Assembly: GCA_040877955.1 (NCBI GenBank)
Contig: JBBDMZ010000020.1
Location: 13,849-77,848, forward strand
DNA: 64,000 bases
Reading direction: 5' to 3'
Source of the DNA: Dehalococcoidia bacterium
GTDB lineage: Bacteria; Chloroflexota; Dehalococcoidia; Tepidiformales; Tepidiformaceae
Below the pieces are notes generated by a model. The model searched no databases. It was not told the origin of the DNA and saw only the letters and a program-made list of their open reading frames with translations. The stretch's first letter is position 1, and each line of letters opens with the position of its first letter. The position numbers and the translations under genes are program-made. Shown piece by piece: positions 27,634 through 36,748 of the stretch.

Positions 27634-28989
27634 ATGACGCAACAATGGCGGCCATCGAAGGGACCGGCTCTGCGGCGCTACCAGCGCGAGGTGTTCTTTG
27701 ACCTCCTGGACGCGCTGCGCACACGCCGGGGTGAGACGTTCACCGTGATGTTCCCGCGGCAGGCGGGCAAGAACGAAGTGGCGGCCGAGCTGCTGCAAGC
27801 GTTGCTTCGACTGGAGTCCGAGCGGGGCGGCTCGGCGATCGCGGCCTCGCCCACGCTCACGCCCCAGGGCCTTATCTCGCTGGAGCGCACCCGCGCAGCT
27901 CTCGAACGGACAGACCGGGTGGGAACCGCCGGCGCGACGCGCGTCGACGGAGCGACGATCAGCCTCGGTGCGGCGACCGCGCACTTCCTGAGCGCCTCAC
28001 CCTCGGCGCACGTGGCCGGGCACACGGCGTCGATCCTGCTGTCCGGTGACGAAGGGCAGGAGCTCGACCGGGAGTGGTTCGAGCGCCAGTTCCGTCCGAT
28101 GGCCGCTTCGACCGCGGCAAATACCGTCTTCTTCGGCACGCCGTGGAATGGCCACACCCTGCTGGACGAGGCGGTGGCGCGGAACCGTGAACGCGACACG
28201 GGGCCTGAGGAGGGCCGCTCGCTCTTCCACTACGAGGTGTCGTGGGAGAAGGTCGCGGAGAGCGTCGCGCCCTATCGCGAGTTCGTGTTGAAGGAGCGCG
28301 AGCGGCTCGGCACGGAGGACGTCTACTTCCGGACCCAGTACGGGCTCCAGACCGTGGACGGTGCCGGGAGCCTGTTCACCGCGGCGGCGTTGGCCGCGCT
28401 CGAAGGGACGTACCAGCGACAGAAGGAGCCTCGCCCCCACGAACGCTACGTCGCCGGCCTCGACCTTGGCGGCGGCGGCGAACACGCGGACCGCAGCGTG
28501 CTCACCATTGCCCGCGTATGCCCGGGAGCGCGCTGCGAGGTCGTCGACCACGCGTCGTGGAGGGGGATCCCGCTCTTGGATCTTGATGCGAAGGTGCTCG
28601 AGAAGGTGCGCCCGTGGCGGCTGGAGCGGCTGGTGGTGGATAGCACAGGGCTGGGCGCGTCGAGCGCGGAGCACCTCGCGCGGGAGCTTGGGTCTGTGAC
28701 GGTCGAGGCGTTCATGTTCAGCGGGCGGAGCAAGTCGGATCTCGGCCAGCGGCTGCTGGGAGGCGCCACCCAGCGAACCCTCGCGCTCTACGCGAACGAC
28801 GGGAGCGTCGACGCTCGCATCTGCCGCGCGGAGCTGCGCGCCTGCGGGCGCACCAACCATCCCGGTGGGCGCATGCAGTGGGGTGCGGCCGGCGGGAACG
28901 ATGACTACGTCGTCAGCCTGGCGCTCGCTCTTCGCGCGGCGGAGCAAGCTGGTGAGCCGCGCTTCGCCACGGGCCGGCGCCGCGAGTAG
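27634..28989 (+). CDS. phage-type terminase large subunit (orphan)
   Basis: Walker A-like FPRQAGKN, Walker B ILLSGDEGQ, coupling FFGTP, RNaseH-like nuclease acidic residues in AGLDLG, VVDSTGLG, GNDDYV. Confidence 0.8.
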   Translation: MTQQWRPSKGPALRRYQREVFFDLLDALRTRRGETFTVMFPRQAGKNEVAAELLQALLRLESERGGSAIAASPTLTPQGLISLERTRAALERTDRVGTAGATRVDGATISLGAATAHFLSASPSAHVAGHTASILLSGDEGQELDREWFERQFRPMAASTAANTVFFGTPWNGHTLLDEAVARNRERDTGPEEGRSLFHYEVSWEKVAESVAPYREFVLKERERLGTEDVYFRTQYGLQTVDGAGSLFTAAALAALEGTYQRQKEPRPHERYVAGLDLGGGGEHADRSVLTIARVCPGARCEVVDHASWRGIPLLDLDAKVLEKVRPWRLERLVVDSTGLGASSAEHLARELGSVTVEAFMFSGRSKSDLGQRLLGGATQRTLALYANDGSVDARICRAELRACGRTNHPGGRMQWGAAGGNDDYVVSLALALRAAEQAGEPRFATGRRRE

Positions 28990-28995
28990 TGCCCT

Positions 28996-29433
28996 TCAGT
29001 CGACCACCTCGAGCGTGTCGTGCACCGTCGGTCCCTCCGTCAGCGTCTTGTGCACGGGGCACTTCTGCGCCACGCGAAGAAGGTCCGCGCGCTGAGCCTC
29101 ATCGAGGGGACCGTGCAGGACGATGCGCCGGTAGAGGTGCTCCAGGAGACCGGCCTTCGGGCCTTCGCACTCCTTGCAGTCCTCGGCATGGGTGCGCGAG
29201 TGCTCGACTTCAACGGCGACCTCGTGGAGCGGATAGCCCTTGCGGCGAGCGTACATCTGCAGAGTCATGGCGGTGCAGGCGCCAAGGGCGGAGGTCAGCA
29301 TTTCATAGGGAGTGGGGCCGAGGTCGTCACCTCCGTCGTCCGAGGGCTCATCGCCGACATAGGCGCGGCCGGGCATGGTGATGAGCTGGGCGTAGGTGTA
29401 GTCGGAGAGTGACTGGACGATGACTTTGGGCAT
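28996..29433 (-). CDS. OsmC/Ohr family protein
   Basis: GPTPYEMLTSALGACTAMTL...CPVHKTL motifs; 145 aa. Confidence 0.9.
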   Translation of the reverse strand: MPKVIVQSLSDYTYAQLITMPGRAYVGDEPSDDGGDDLGPTPYEMLTSALGACTAMTLQMYARRKGYPLHEVAVEVEHSRTHAEDCKECEGPKAGLLEHLYRRIVLHGPLDEAQRADLLRVAQKCPVHKTLTEGPTVHDTLEVVD

Positions 29434-29568
29434 AGCGGGGGCCTCGTTCGCGGAGGTGGTGACTCGATGCTACGCGGAGGTGGTGGTCCGGCGCAGGGTG
29501 AACGGCATCACACACGCCGGTTGACTGGGGTCGTTCCCGGGGGCATTCTCCACGTATCGAGGTGTAAC

Positions 29569-30327
29569 GTGGTCAATACAGACGAAACGAGTGATTTAGG
29601 GTTTAGAGAAGTTGAATGGGTGGCAGAACAACTCGGCCTCGACAAGAACACCGTCTACCGGTTCCTGAATGAGGGACGGCTCCCCGGCCTGCAGCTCGGC
29701 AAAAAGTGGCTTATCGAAGAACGCGGCCTGCGCGAGTTCCTGCGGAGGGAGCAGCGACTCCAGACAGACCGCCGGCGGGCCGAAGGCACAAGCGAGGTAC
29801 CCAATGTCGGTGACCCGCTCGAGACAATGGCGATCGTCTTCAGCGACATCGTCGGCGCTTCCGAGGTGATCGAGCGGGTGGGCGACGATGGTTGGCTCGA
29901 GATCGCCCGCGAGCACAACCAGATCGTCTGGTCCGCGCTGCCCGGGGCGGGCCACACGGATCTGAAGTCCCTGGGGGACGGGGTCATGATCGCATTCGAA
30001 GACAGCACCGAGGCCACCGTGTTTGCGCGGAACTACATGCGCGCGATGGAACGCCGCAACCGGTCGCAGCCAGCCGAGCCGCTGAGCATGCAGGTGGGAG
30101 TGCACGCCGGCCCGGTGCGCCGTTCGGCTGGTGACGTGACCGGCCGTGCAGTCTTCATCGCCGCCTTGCTCACGGCAACCGCCGAGCCTGGGGAAATACT
30201 CGTTTCAGGCCCCACCTATGACCTGCTGGGAAGTCCGGCGCCCCCGGTCGGCGAGCCTCGCGAGGTCACGCTGAGGGTCGGCGGCCGGGTACGAGCGTAT
30301 CCACTCACATGGAGGGAACCAGCATGA
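29569..30327 (+). CDS. excisionase-type HTH fused to a class III nucleotidyl cyclase homology domain
   Basis: GAGGTG SD before GTG 29569; HTH EWVAEQLGLDKNTVYRFLNEGRLPG; CHD FSDIVGAS...SLGDGVMIAF. Confidence 0.75.
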   Translation: MVNTDETSDLGFREVEWVAEQLGLDKNTVYRFLNEGRLPGLQLGKKWLIEERGLREFLRREQRLQTDRRRAEGTSEVPNVGDPLETMAIVFSDIVGASEVIERVGDDGWLEIAREHNQIVWSALPGAGHTDLKSLGDGVMIAFEDSTEATVFARNYMRAMERRNRSQPAEPLSMQVGVHAGPVRRSAGDVTGRAVFIAALLTATAEPGEILVSGPTYDLLGSPAPPVGEPREVTLRVGGRVRAYPLTWREPA

Positions 30328-31400
30328 ACACTTCAGTCGCGACGGCCACAGTCCTTTTCACCGACGTGGTGGCGTCGACCACCATGCGCACCAGCAACGG
30401 CGACCTCCCGGCCTTGACCACTCTGGCGACTCATGAGGCAGCGATCCGGAAGCAGATCGAACGGCACGGAGGACGCAAAGTGAAGACCATCGGCGATGGC
30501 TTCATGATCGTCTTCAAGTCAGCGAAACAGAGCGTGGAATGCGCGGTGGCCATCCAGCAGGCGCTTCACGGCATCCAGGAGTCGCCCGTGCGGGTGCGCA
30601 TCGGCATACACACCGGCGATGTGATCGAGGTGGGCGACGACGTATTCGGGGCCGCCGTCGACGCAGCAACGCGCATCATGTCCCGCGCCAGGGGCGGCGA
30701 GATTCTGATCTCGGAGATGGTGCGCGGTGTGGTGGGCAGCGTGGCCGACTTCCAGATCAAGGAGCGCCGGCCCGTGAAGCTGAAGGGCTTTCCCACCCGA
30801 TGGCGCCTCTACGAGGTGGCGTGGGCGACCACCGTCGAGACGGCTCCCCGCAGGGATCTCGCGCTCGTGGTCACCGACATGGTCGGCTCGACTTCCAGCA
30901 CCGAACGGCTCGGAGAGGACGAGGGATGGGCGCTCGTCCGCGCGCACAACGCCATCATCCGCGCGCAGGCGGACGCACATGGGTGTGTCTCGTCCAAGTT
31001 CCTCGGAGACGGGTTCCTCCTCGCTTTCGAGCGGCGGACCGATGCGCTTGGCTGCGCGAGCGCGATCCAGCAGGCGTTCGCGGCGTATCGTCTCGAGTCA
31101 GACCAGCCGATGCACGTGTGCATCGCGGTTCACGCCGGCAGGCTGATCGAGGAGGCTGGGGAGCTGTTCGGGCTCGCCCCGATGATCGCGTTCCGGCTGC
31201 TCGATGAAGCGGCGCCTGATGAGGTGCTCGTCACTGAGGCGGCGCTCCCTCCCGACCATGAATGCATCCTGGACTCGCCTCGCAGCCTCGCGTTGCGAGG
31301 AATCTCTGGGAGTCAGATCGCGTATAGGCTCGACTGGGCCACGGATCGGGGGGAAGGCAACCGCATCGCTGGCGACTCGGTGGTTGCGCCGCAGGCTTGA
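30309..31400 (+). CDS. protein with two tandem class III cyclase homology domains
   Basis: LFTDVVAST...TIGDGFMIVF and VVTDMVGST...FLGDGFLLAF; overlaps the upstream gene by 19 nt. Confidence 0.75.
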   Translation: MEGTSMNTSVATATVLFTDVVASTTMRTSNGDLPALTTLATHEAAIRKQIERHGGRKVKTIGDGFMIVFKSAKQSVECAVAIQQALHGIQESPVRVRIGIHTGDVIEVGDDVFGAAVDAATRIMSRARGGEILISEMVRGVVGSVADFQIKERRPVKLKGFPTRWRLYEVAWATTVETAPRRDLALVVTDMVGSTSSTERLGEDEGWALVRAHNAIIRAQADAHGCVSSKFLGDGFLLAFERRTDALGCASAIQQAFAAYRLESDQPMHVCIAVHAGRLIEEAGELFGLAPMIAFRLLDEAAPDEVLVTEAALPPDHECILDSPRSLALRGISGSQIAYRLDWATDRGEGNRIAGDSVVAPQA

Positions 31401-31424
31401 GCGCGCCACCCGGGGCGCCCGATG

Positions 31425-32075
31425 TCAGGCGGGCCGGCCGGGGCTCGAACCCGGCGGGAGGTCCATGCGACGTTCGCAGTCGGGGCAGATGCTGTGGGTG
31501 AAGTCGTAGCCCGCGTGCCGATGAATGTACGATTCGAGTTGCTGCCAGTCGCCGCCTTCGTCGCGGATGCGGTTACACCACGCGCAGATGGGGAGCAGCC
31601 GCTCGAGTTGCTCGAGGCGCTCCACCCGCTCCGTCTCGGCGGCCTTGCGCTCGGTGATGTCCCGGAAGATAAAGCGGATGGCGACCGGCAGCCCGCGCTC
31701 GTCGAGGACGTAGGCGCCCTGGAACTCGGCCGGAAACTCAGAGGAGTCACGGCGGCGCATGCGCACCTCGAGCAGGTCCTGGGTCGCGGTGCGTTGGTAG
31801 GGGACGCCCTGTTCGAGGCTCGGGCGGATGAGCTCCAGGTGATACGCGTAGAGCCGTTCGAACTCGCCCTCGACGAGGATCGAGGGGCCGGGAATGCCCA
31901 CTGGCGGCGCCGCCGGGTCGTAGCCCAGGAGCAGGCAGGCGCTGCGATTGAGGCGCGTCAGGCGCTGGCTGGCGATGTCCGCCTCGATGAAGCCATCCGG
32001 GAGATAGAAGAGGAAGTCCTCGAACTCGGCCTTCAGCCGTTCGTATGCGGCCTTGTGCTCGCCGTCATCCGCCAT
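31425..32075 (-). CDS. PAS-domain protein with a C-terminal Cys/His module (CAWC...HSICPDC)
   Basis: MADDGEHK start at 32075; PAS core ending FRDITERK; tail LPICAWCNRIRDEGGDWQQLESYIHRHAGYDFTHSICPDCERRM. Confidence 0.75.
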   Translation of the reverse strand: MADDGEHKAAYERLKAEFEDFLFYLPDGFIEADIASQRLTRLNRSACLLLGYDPAAPPVGIPGPSILVEGEFERLYAYHLELIRPSLEQGVPYQRTATQDLLEVRMRRRDSSEFPAEFQGAYVLDERGLPVAIRFIFRDITERKAAETERVERLEQLERLLPICAWCNRIRDEGGDWQQLESYIHRHAGYDFTHSICPDCERRMDLPPGSSPGRPA

Positions 32076-32252
32076 CGGGCCAGTGTGACCCTCCGCGGGC
32101 GGGGTTCCAAGATGAGAACGCGTGGATGAAGTGTGAGCTACTTCACGCAACCTTGCCCAACGGGGCCAGGCGCGTGCCACGCCCGCAGGTAGCTGGCTGC
32201 GGAGGGCGAGCCGCCTTTGTCTGAAAGCCAGCTCAGGGCCAGAATTCCAGCC

Positions 32253-33023
32253 ATGCGCGTGCTGCGGCTCTCCAACAGCGACGACTTCGCGGGCGATCTG
32301 CCGCCTGAGGCGCGCGCGTGGCACATCGCGGGCGAAGTGCTCGCCGCGGCGGTCGGCGCGCCGGTGGAAACCACCACGCGCGTCGTGTGGCCCTACCCGT
32401 CGCTCCCCGATCTCGTCGATCGCTGGTTGGAACGCTATGACCCGGACCTCGTGTTCCTGAAGGTGAACTGGTACTGGTACGGGTATGAATCGGTGCCGCT
32501 GAGGCTGCGGCGGCGAATCCCGCTGCTCGGCAAGCCCCTCGCGGCCGCCGGGGATGGCGCCACGAAGATCTCGTGGATGTCGCGCACGCGTGCCTTCAAG
32601 GCGAGCCGTGACCTGGCTAACCGTGTGATCGGCGGGGATGCGAATTTCACCGGCGACGAGGTGATCGAGCGGATGGAAGCGGTCATCCGGCGCATCGTCG
32701 CGCGCGAGAACATCATCCTTGTGGTGAAGGGCACGGGCGGAGGGCGGGACGCGATCGGCTCGCTGGGGCCGTACTACGAGCGCTTCAAGCCGAAGCGGGA
32801 GTACGTGGAAGGGACAATCGAAGCGTTCTGCCGCGAGCTGGGTGTGCACTACACGGGCATCGGGCGCGTGCGCACGCGCGAGGAGTCAGACCTCGACCGG
32901 GGCGACGGCGTCCATAAGGGCACGCATGGCCTCAACCGTGTGGGACTGAGCGAGGGCGAGGCGATGGCCGCTGCCTGGCGGGCCGAGCACGCGGGCGCGG
33001 GTGCGATCAGCCTGAAGGTTTGA
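32253..33023 (+). CDS. SGNH/GDSL-hydrolase-like protein (tentative), paralogue 1
   Basis: MRVLRLSNSDD (block I-like) and GDGVHKGTHG (block V-like DxxH); paralogous to the next gene. Confidence 0.5.
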   Translation: MRVLRLSNSDDFAGDLPPEARAWHIAGEVLAAAVGAPVETTTRVVWPYPSLPDLVDRWLERYDPDLVFLKVNWYWYGYESVPLRLRRRIPLLGKPLAAAGDGATKISWMSRTRAFKASRDLANRVIGGDANFTGDEVIERMEAVIRRIVARENIILVVKGTGGGRDAIGSLGPYYERFKPKREYVEGTIEAFCRELGVHYTGIGRVRTREESDLDRGDGVHKGTHGLNRVGLSEGEAMAAAWRAEHAGAGAISLKV

Positions 33024-33075
33024 GCCCGCGCCACAAGTTGCCTCGGCGCACCGGGCGTTGCACCATGCCGCCATC

Positions 33076-33843
33076 ATGCGCGTGCTCCGGCTCTCGAACA
33101 GCTACGACTTCGCAGGCGATCTCCGCCCCGAAGAGCGGAGCTGGTTCGTGGCGGGCGAGGTGCTGGCCCAGGCTGCCGGCGAACCGGTGGAGACCACGGT
33201 GCGGAACATCTGGCCCACCGAGGCACTCCCGGGCCTCGTGGACCGCTGGCTCGTTGCCGGCGAGCCCGACCTCGTGTTCATGAAGATCAATTGGTACTGG
33301 TACGCCTACGAGTCCGTGCCGCTGCGCATCCGCCGGAAGCTAGGGTTGTTTGGCCGTCCCCTGGCATCGGCTGGCGAGAACGCAGCGAAGATCGGCTGGC
33401 TCTCCCGGACGTGGGCGTTCCAGCGCTCTCGCCGCCTGGTGCATCGCCTGATGGGTGGCGACAGCTTCTTCAGTGAGGCCGATGTGGTGGAGCGCACGAA
33501 GCTGGTGATCCGGCGGATCGTCACCAACGAGGACAGAGTCGTGGTCGTGCGGGCCACCGGGGCGGGGAGGGACGACACGGGCACATTGGCGGACTACTTC
33601 GAGCGCTACCAGGCGCGGACGAACCGCGTCGAGCGCGAGATCGCTGCCTTCTGCGCCGAGCTCGGCGTGCACTTCTCCAGCCCGGACCTTCACGCCCGCG
33701 AGGACCAGGACCTCGGCGGCGGGGACGGCCTGCACAAGGGCGCCCGGGGATACCGCGTGGTTGGCGAGGATGAAGGCGCGGCGATGGTGGCGGCGTGGCG
33801 GGCCTCGCACGCGGGCACGAGCGCCACCAGCGCGAAAGTCTAG
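33076..33843 (+). CDS. SGNH/GDSL-hydrolase-like protein (tentative), paralogue 2
   Basis: MRVLRLSNSYD...GDGLHKGARG; collinear similarity to 32253-33023 along the whole length. Confidence 0.5.
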   Translation: MRVLRLSNSYDFAGDLRPEERSWFVAGEVLAQAAGEPVETTVRNIWPTEALPGLVDRWLVAGEPDLVFMKINWYWYAYESVPLRIRRKLGLFGRPLASAGENAAKIGWLSRTWAFQRSRRLVHRLMGGDSFFSEADVVERTKLVIRRIVTNEDRVVVVRATGAGRDDTGTLADYFERYQARTNRVEREIAAFCAELGVHFSSPDLHAREDQDLGGGDGLHKGARGYRVVGEDEGAAMVAAWRASHAGTSATSAKV

Positions 33844-33950
33844 CCGAACGGTGGGGAAGGACACGTCAGCGCACGGTGGCGCTCGGGCGCCGGTGCCCGT
33901 TCGACACTCCCGCCGCGCCCGCCGACAATCGGTGTCCCGTGCGGCTTGTG

Positions 33951-34367
33951 ATGCAGATCGATGGAGAACCGGAGCCCGTGACTCTCCCCGGCGATGGCCG
34001 CGACCTCATCGCGTTCCTGTCGTTTGCGGCAATGCGCGGATTCGGCGCACAGCATGCGCTCATCGCCCTAGCCGACCGACTGCATGGGGAGCACGCTGTG
34101 AGGATGGGCCCGCTGACCACCTTCTACGACGGCACCATCGAAGACGCTGAGGACGCCGAGAAGATCGAGCACGCCTGGCAGCCGGCCGGACCGCTGCGCG
34201 CTGCCCTGGAGCAGGTCGCGACAGCCATGGACTCGGACCCGCAGGCGCAGACGCTCGCGCGACGCGGCGGAGCCGCCGGAATCGGCGAGCAGGCTCGCGC
34301 TCTGCTGGCCCCGCTCGATCGCGCCGCCGCGGCCGGGCGCCGGGTGCGGCTGGTGTACGAGCTGTGA
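33951..34367 (+). CDS. hypothetical protein (138 aa; start uncertain)
   Basis: ORF in coding-like frame; stop overlaps the next gene start (ATGA); no recognisable domain. Confidence 0.4.
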   Translation: MQIDGEPEPVTLPGDGRDLIAFLSFAAMRGFGAQHALIALADRLHGEHAVRMGPLTTFYDGTIEDAEDAEKIEHAWQPAGPLRAALEQVATAMDSDPQAQTLARRGGAAGIGEQARALLAPLDRAAAAGRRVRLVYEL

Positions 34368-35020
34368 TCCGCCGTCGCAAGGGGGCCGTGCAGGCGCGCC
34401 GCGAGTGGATCTCGGGGCGCACGCGCCGGCTTGCACGCGTGACCGATTCGCAGACGGGCATGGCACTACTCACCCCACGGGCCGGGCGCATCATCTCCCT
34501 CCTCGAGCTGGCGCCCGGCAAGCGCTACGTGGACATCGGCTGCGGGACCTCCGCGTTTGCGCACCTGCTGGCGCAGCGCGCGGGCATGGATGAGCCGCCA
34601 CTCTGTCTCGACATCGCGCCCGGCCCCGGAGCGGTGGATGCACTCGCCTGGCCCGAGCACCTGCCCCTGGCGGACGGCTCGGTCGACGCGTTCACGTCGC
34701 TCTACTTCATGCGCCGGCTCGACGACGATGCCGCCCACGGCTTCGGAGGGGAGCTTGCGCGTGTCCTCGCGCCCGGCGGCCGGGGCATCATCCTCGAGAT
34801 CGCGCCGGTGCGAAGCGACCTGTTGAACCGCGCGCACGCGAAGCTCGTCAGCGGCGGCTGCGGGCCCGTGGTGGACCTCCGCGGCTGGGGCCGGATGGCC
34901 GCGCTCTTCACGGAGGTCGGGTTCGACCACATCCAGCGCATCGACCTGGGGCCGTTCCTGTTGCCGCCTGTACCGCGCTGCGGGGTACTGCTACGGCGCG
35001 CGCCGTCGGTGAATGGGTGA
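34364..35020 (+). CDS. class I SAM-dependent methyltransferase (start may be ATG 34460)
   Basis: motif I VDIGCGTSAF and LAPGGRGIILE. Confidence 0.75.
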   Translation: MIRRRKGAVQARREWISGRTRRLARVTDSQTGMALLTPRAGRIISLLELAPGKRYVDIGCGTSAFAHLLAQRAGMDEPPLCLDIAPGPGAVDALAWPEHLPLADGSVDAFTSLYFMRRLDDDAAHGFGGELARVLAPGGRGIILEIAPVRSDLLNRAHAKLVSGGCGPVVDLRGWGRMAALFTEVGFDHIQRIDLGPFLLPPVPRCGVLLRRAPSVNG

Positions 35021-35137
35021 CGCAGGTGTGCCGCCGTATGGCGAGGGTCATAGTCCGTGTCTGCTCGATTGCGTATTGTGCGCCGATACTACCGCTGAGA
35101 CGGCCGGGATCGCGTGTGTCCTGACCGGGGGGAAACA

Positions 35138-36730
35138 ATGGACGTGCTTTCGAGGAGATCGGGCGCTGTTGCCCTGACGGGCGGGCTCGCCGCGCTGGCT
35201 GTGGTGCTGGGGTGGTTCCTCGTATCAGCCTCCGGCCGCGCCCAGGGCGTCGAACTGACCACGGCCGAACTGGTGCCGCAGGATTCGACGATCTACGTGG
35301 CCGTAAACACAAAGCTCGACTCTTCCGAGTGGATCGCCGCGTTCGACCTCGTCGAGAAGCTCGGCCTGGATGACCCCGAAAGCGAGCTCATCGATGCCGT
35401 CGAGGGTGGCGGCGAAGTGGACTGGGAAGACGATGTCGCCCCCTTCCTGGGCGGCAACGCGGCCTTCTATATGCGAGACTACGACTGGTCCGGTGATCCC
35501 CCGGAGGAGTTCGGGGTCATCGTTCGGGCGGCCAACGCCGGGCGCGCCATGGAGGTCGTCTTCGAGCAGCTCGGCGGGGGCGATCCCGACGAGGCCGAGT
35601 ACGAGGGCCAGACCTACTACTTCATTCCGGACCCGATCGATGGGGACGGCTACCTCGCGCGCATCGGTTCGCATCTCGTGATCACGGCCACGGAAGCGGA
35701 GATGGAGCGCGTGATCGACGTCGCCCAGGGCCGCGAGCCCTCCCTCAAGGACGACTCCGAGTTCGCCGCCCTGCACGACGAGCTGACCAGGAACTTCATC
35801 GGCTTCGTCTACATGGACACGGAGAAGCTGCTCGGTGGCGCGCTCCAATCCGGCCTCGGGGTCTTCGTCGAGGATGAGGATGACCTCTGGCAGTGGGGAT
35901 CGAGCAAGACGGCGAGCGTCATCTCGGCGAAGGACGGCGGGTTCGTCTTCCAGACAGCCGGGCAGACGGAGGCGTCGCCGATTTCGCCGCTGCTGACCGC
36001 CCGCGACGAATCACGCTTCGCCGGCATGGTGCCGGCGGACACGGCGATGCTGTTCTCCGTCTACGACGTCGCGGGCGCGTGGGACGGCATCATCGACGCC
36101 TGGGGCCCTTACCTCGACGATGCGGTCGCCGCTGAGGGCGAGTACGACTCGTACGAAGAGGCGTTGGACGAAGCCGCCGCCGAGCTCGGCGTCGAGAACT
36201 TCGAGGACTTCCTCGAGCTGTTCGACGGCGAAGCGGCGCTCGCGGCCTGGTTCCCGACGGACGACGAGGACGACGGCCTCTTCGCGTTCTTCGCGGAGGT
36301 GAGCGACGACGCCCGGCTGCGCGAGATCATCGAAGGGTTGGACACGATCGAGGTCACGGGCACGGAGACGTGGGGCGGCGTCGAGGTGACGCTCACGGAG
36401 GACGAGGAGAACCCGGGCGAGGAACTCGCCTACACCATCACCGATGGTTACGCGCTCTTCGGCGACCCGGAGGCGGTGCGCAGAATCCTCGAACACGAGG
36501 GCGACACGCTCGCCGGCAGTGGCCGCTATCGGAGCGCGAAGGACACACTCGGCACGCGCCTCGGCAGCTTCGCCTACTTCGATTTCCCGCGCATCTTTAC
36601 GGTGTTCGGCGGTGACGAGTATGTCTCGGAGGATGAGCTCAACATGAGCGCACTCCAGGCGCTGCTCTTCACGATGGTCGAGGACGGGGGCTTCACCCGC
36701 GCCGCGGGAGCTGTCACCATCGACGACTGA
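35138..36730 (+). CDS. membrane-anchored, highly acidic hypothetical protein (possibly DUF3352-like)
   Basis: N-terminal TM ALTGGLAALAVVLGWFLV; 530 aa, D/E-rich; family assignment from memory only. Confidence 0.65.
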   Translation: MDVLSRRSGAVALTGGLAALAVVLGWFLVSASGRAQGVELTTAELVPQDSTIYVAVNTKLDSSEWIAAFDLVEKLGLDDPESELIDAVEGGGEVDWEDDVAPFLGGNAAFYMRDYDWSGDPPEEFGVIVRAANAGRAMEVVFEQLGGGDPDEAEYEGQTYYFIPDPIDGDGYLARIGSHLVITATEAEMERVIDVAQGREPSLKDDSEFAALHDELTRNFIGFVYMDTEKLLGGALQSGLGVFVEDEDDLWQWGSSKTASVISAKDGGFVFQTAGQTEASPISPLLTARDESRFAGMVPADTAMLFSVYDVAGAWDGIIDAWGPYLDDAVAAEGEYDSYEEALDEAAAELGVENFEDFLELFDGEAALAAWFPTDDEDDGLFAFFAEVSDDARLREIIEGLDTIEVTGTETWGGVEVTLTEDEENPGEELAYTITDGYALFGDPEAVRRILEHEGDTLAGSGRYRSAKDTLGTRLGSFAYFDFPRIFTVFGGDEYVSEDELNMSALQALLFTMVEDGGFTRAAGAVTIDD

Positions 36731-36748
36731 GTCGCATCGGGAGGACGC

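Noticed and set aside
29521-29549. TTGACT-N17-CATTCT as a sigma-70-type promoter for the HTH-cyclase gene
   Set aside because: The spacing is right, but the -10 hexamer is weak and the promoter consensus for this lineage is unknown. The evidence is not strong enough to list as a feature.
29569-31400. Cyclase pair as a Pycsar/CBASS-like antiphage signalling system
   Set aside because: There is no effector with a cNMP-binding, TIR, TM-pore or nuclease domain adjacent. The catalytic Asn appears substituted in all three domains, and the neighbours are osmC and a PAS protein.
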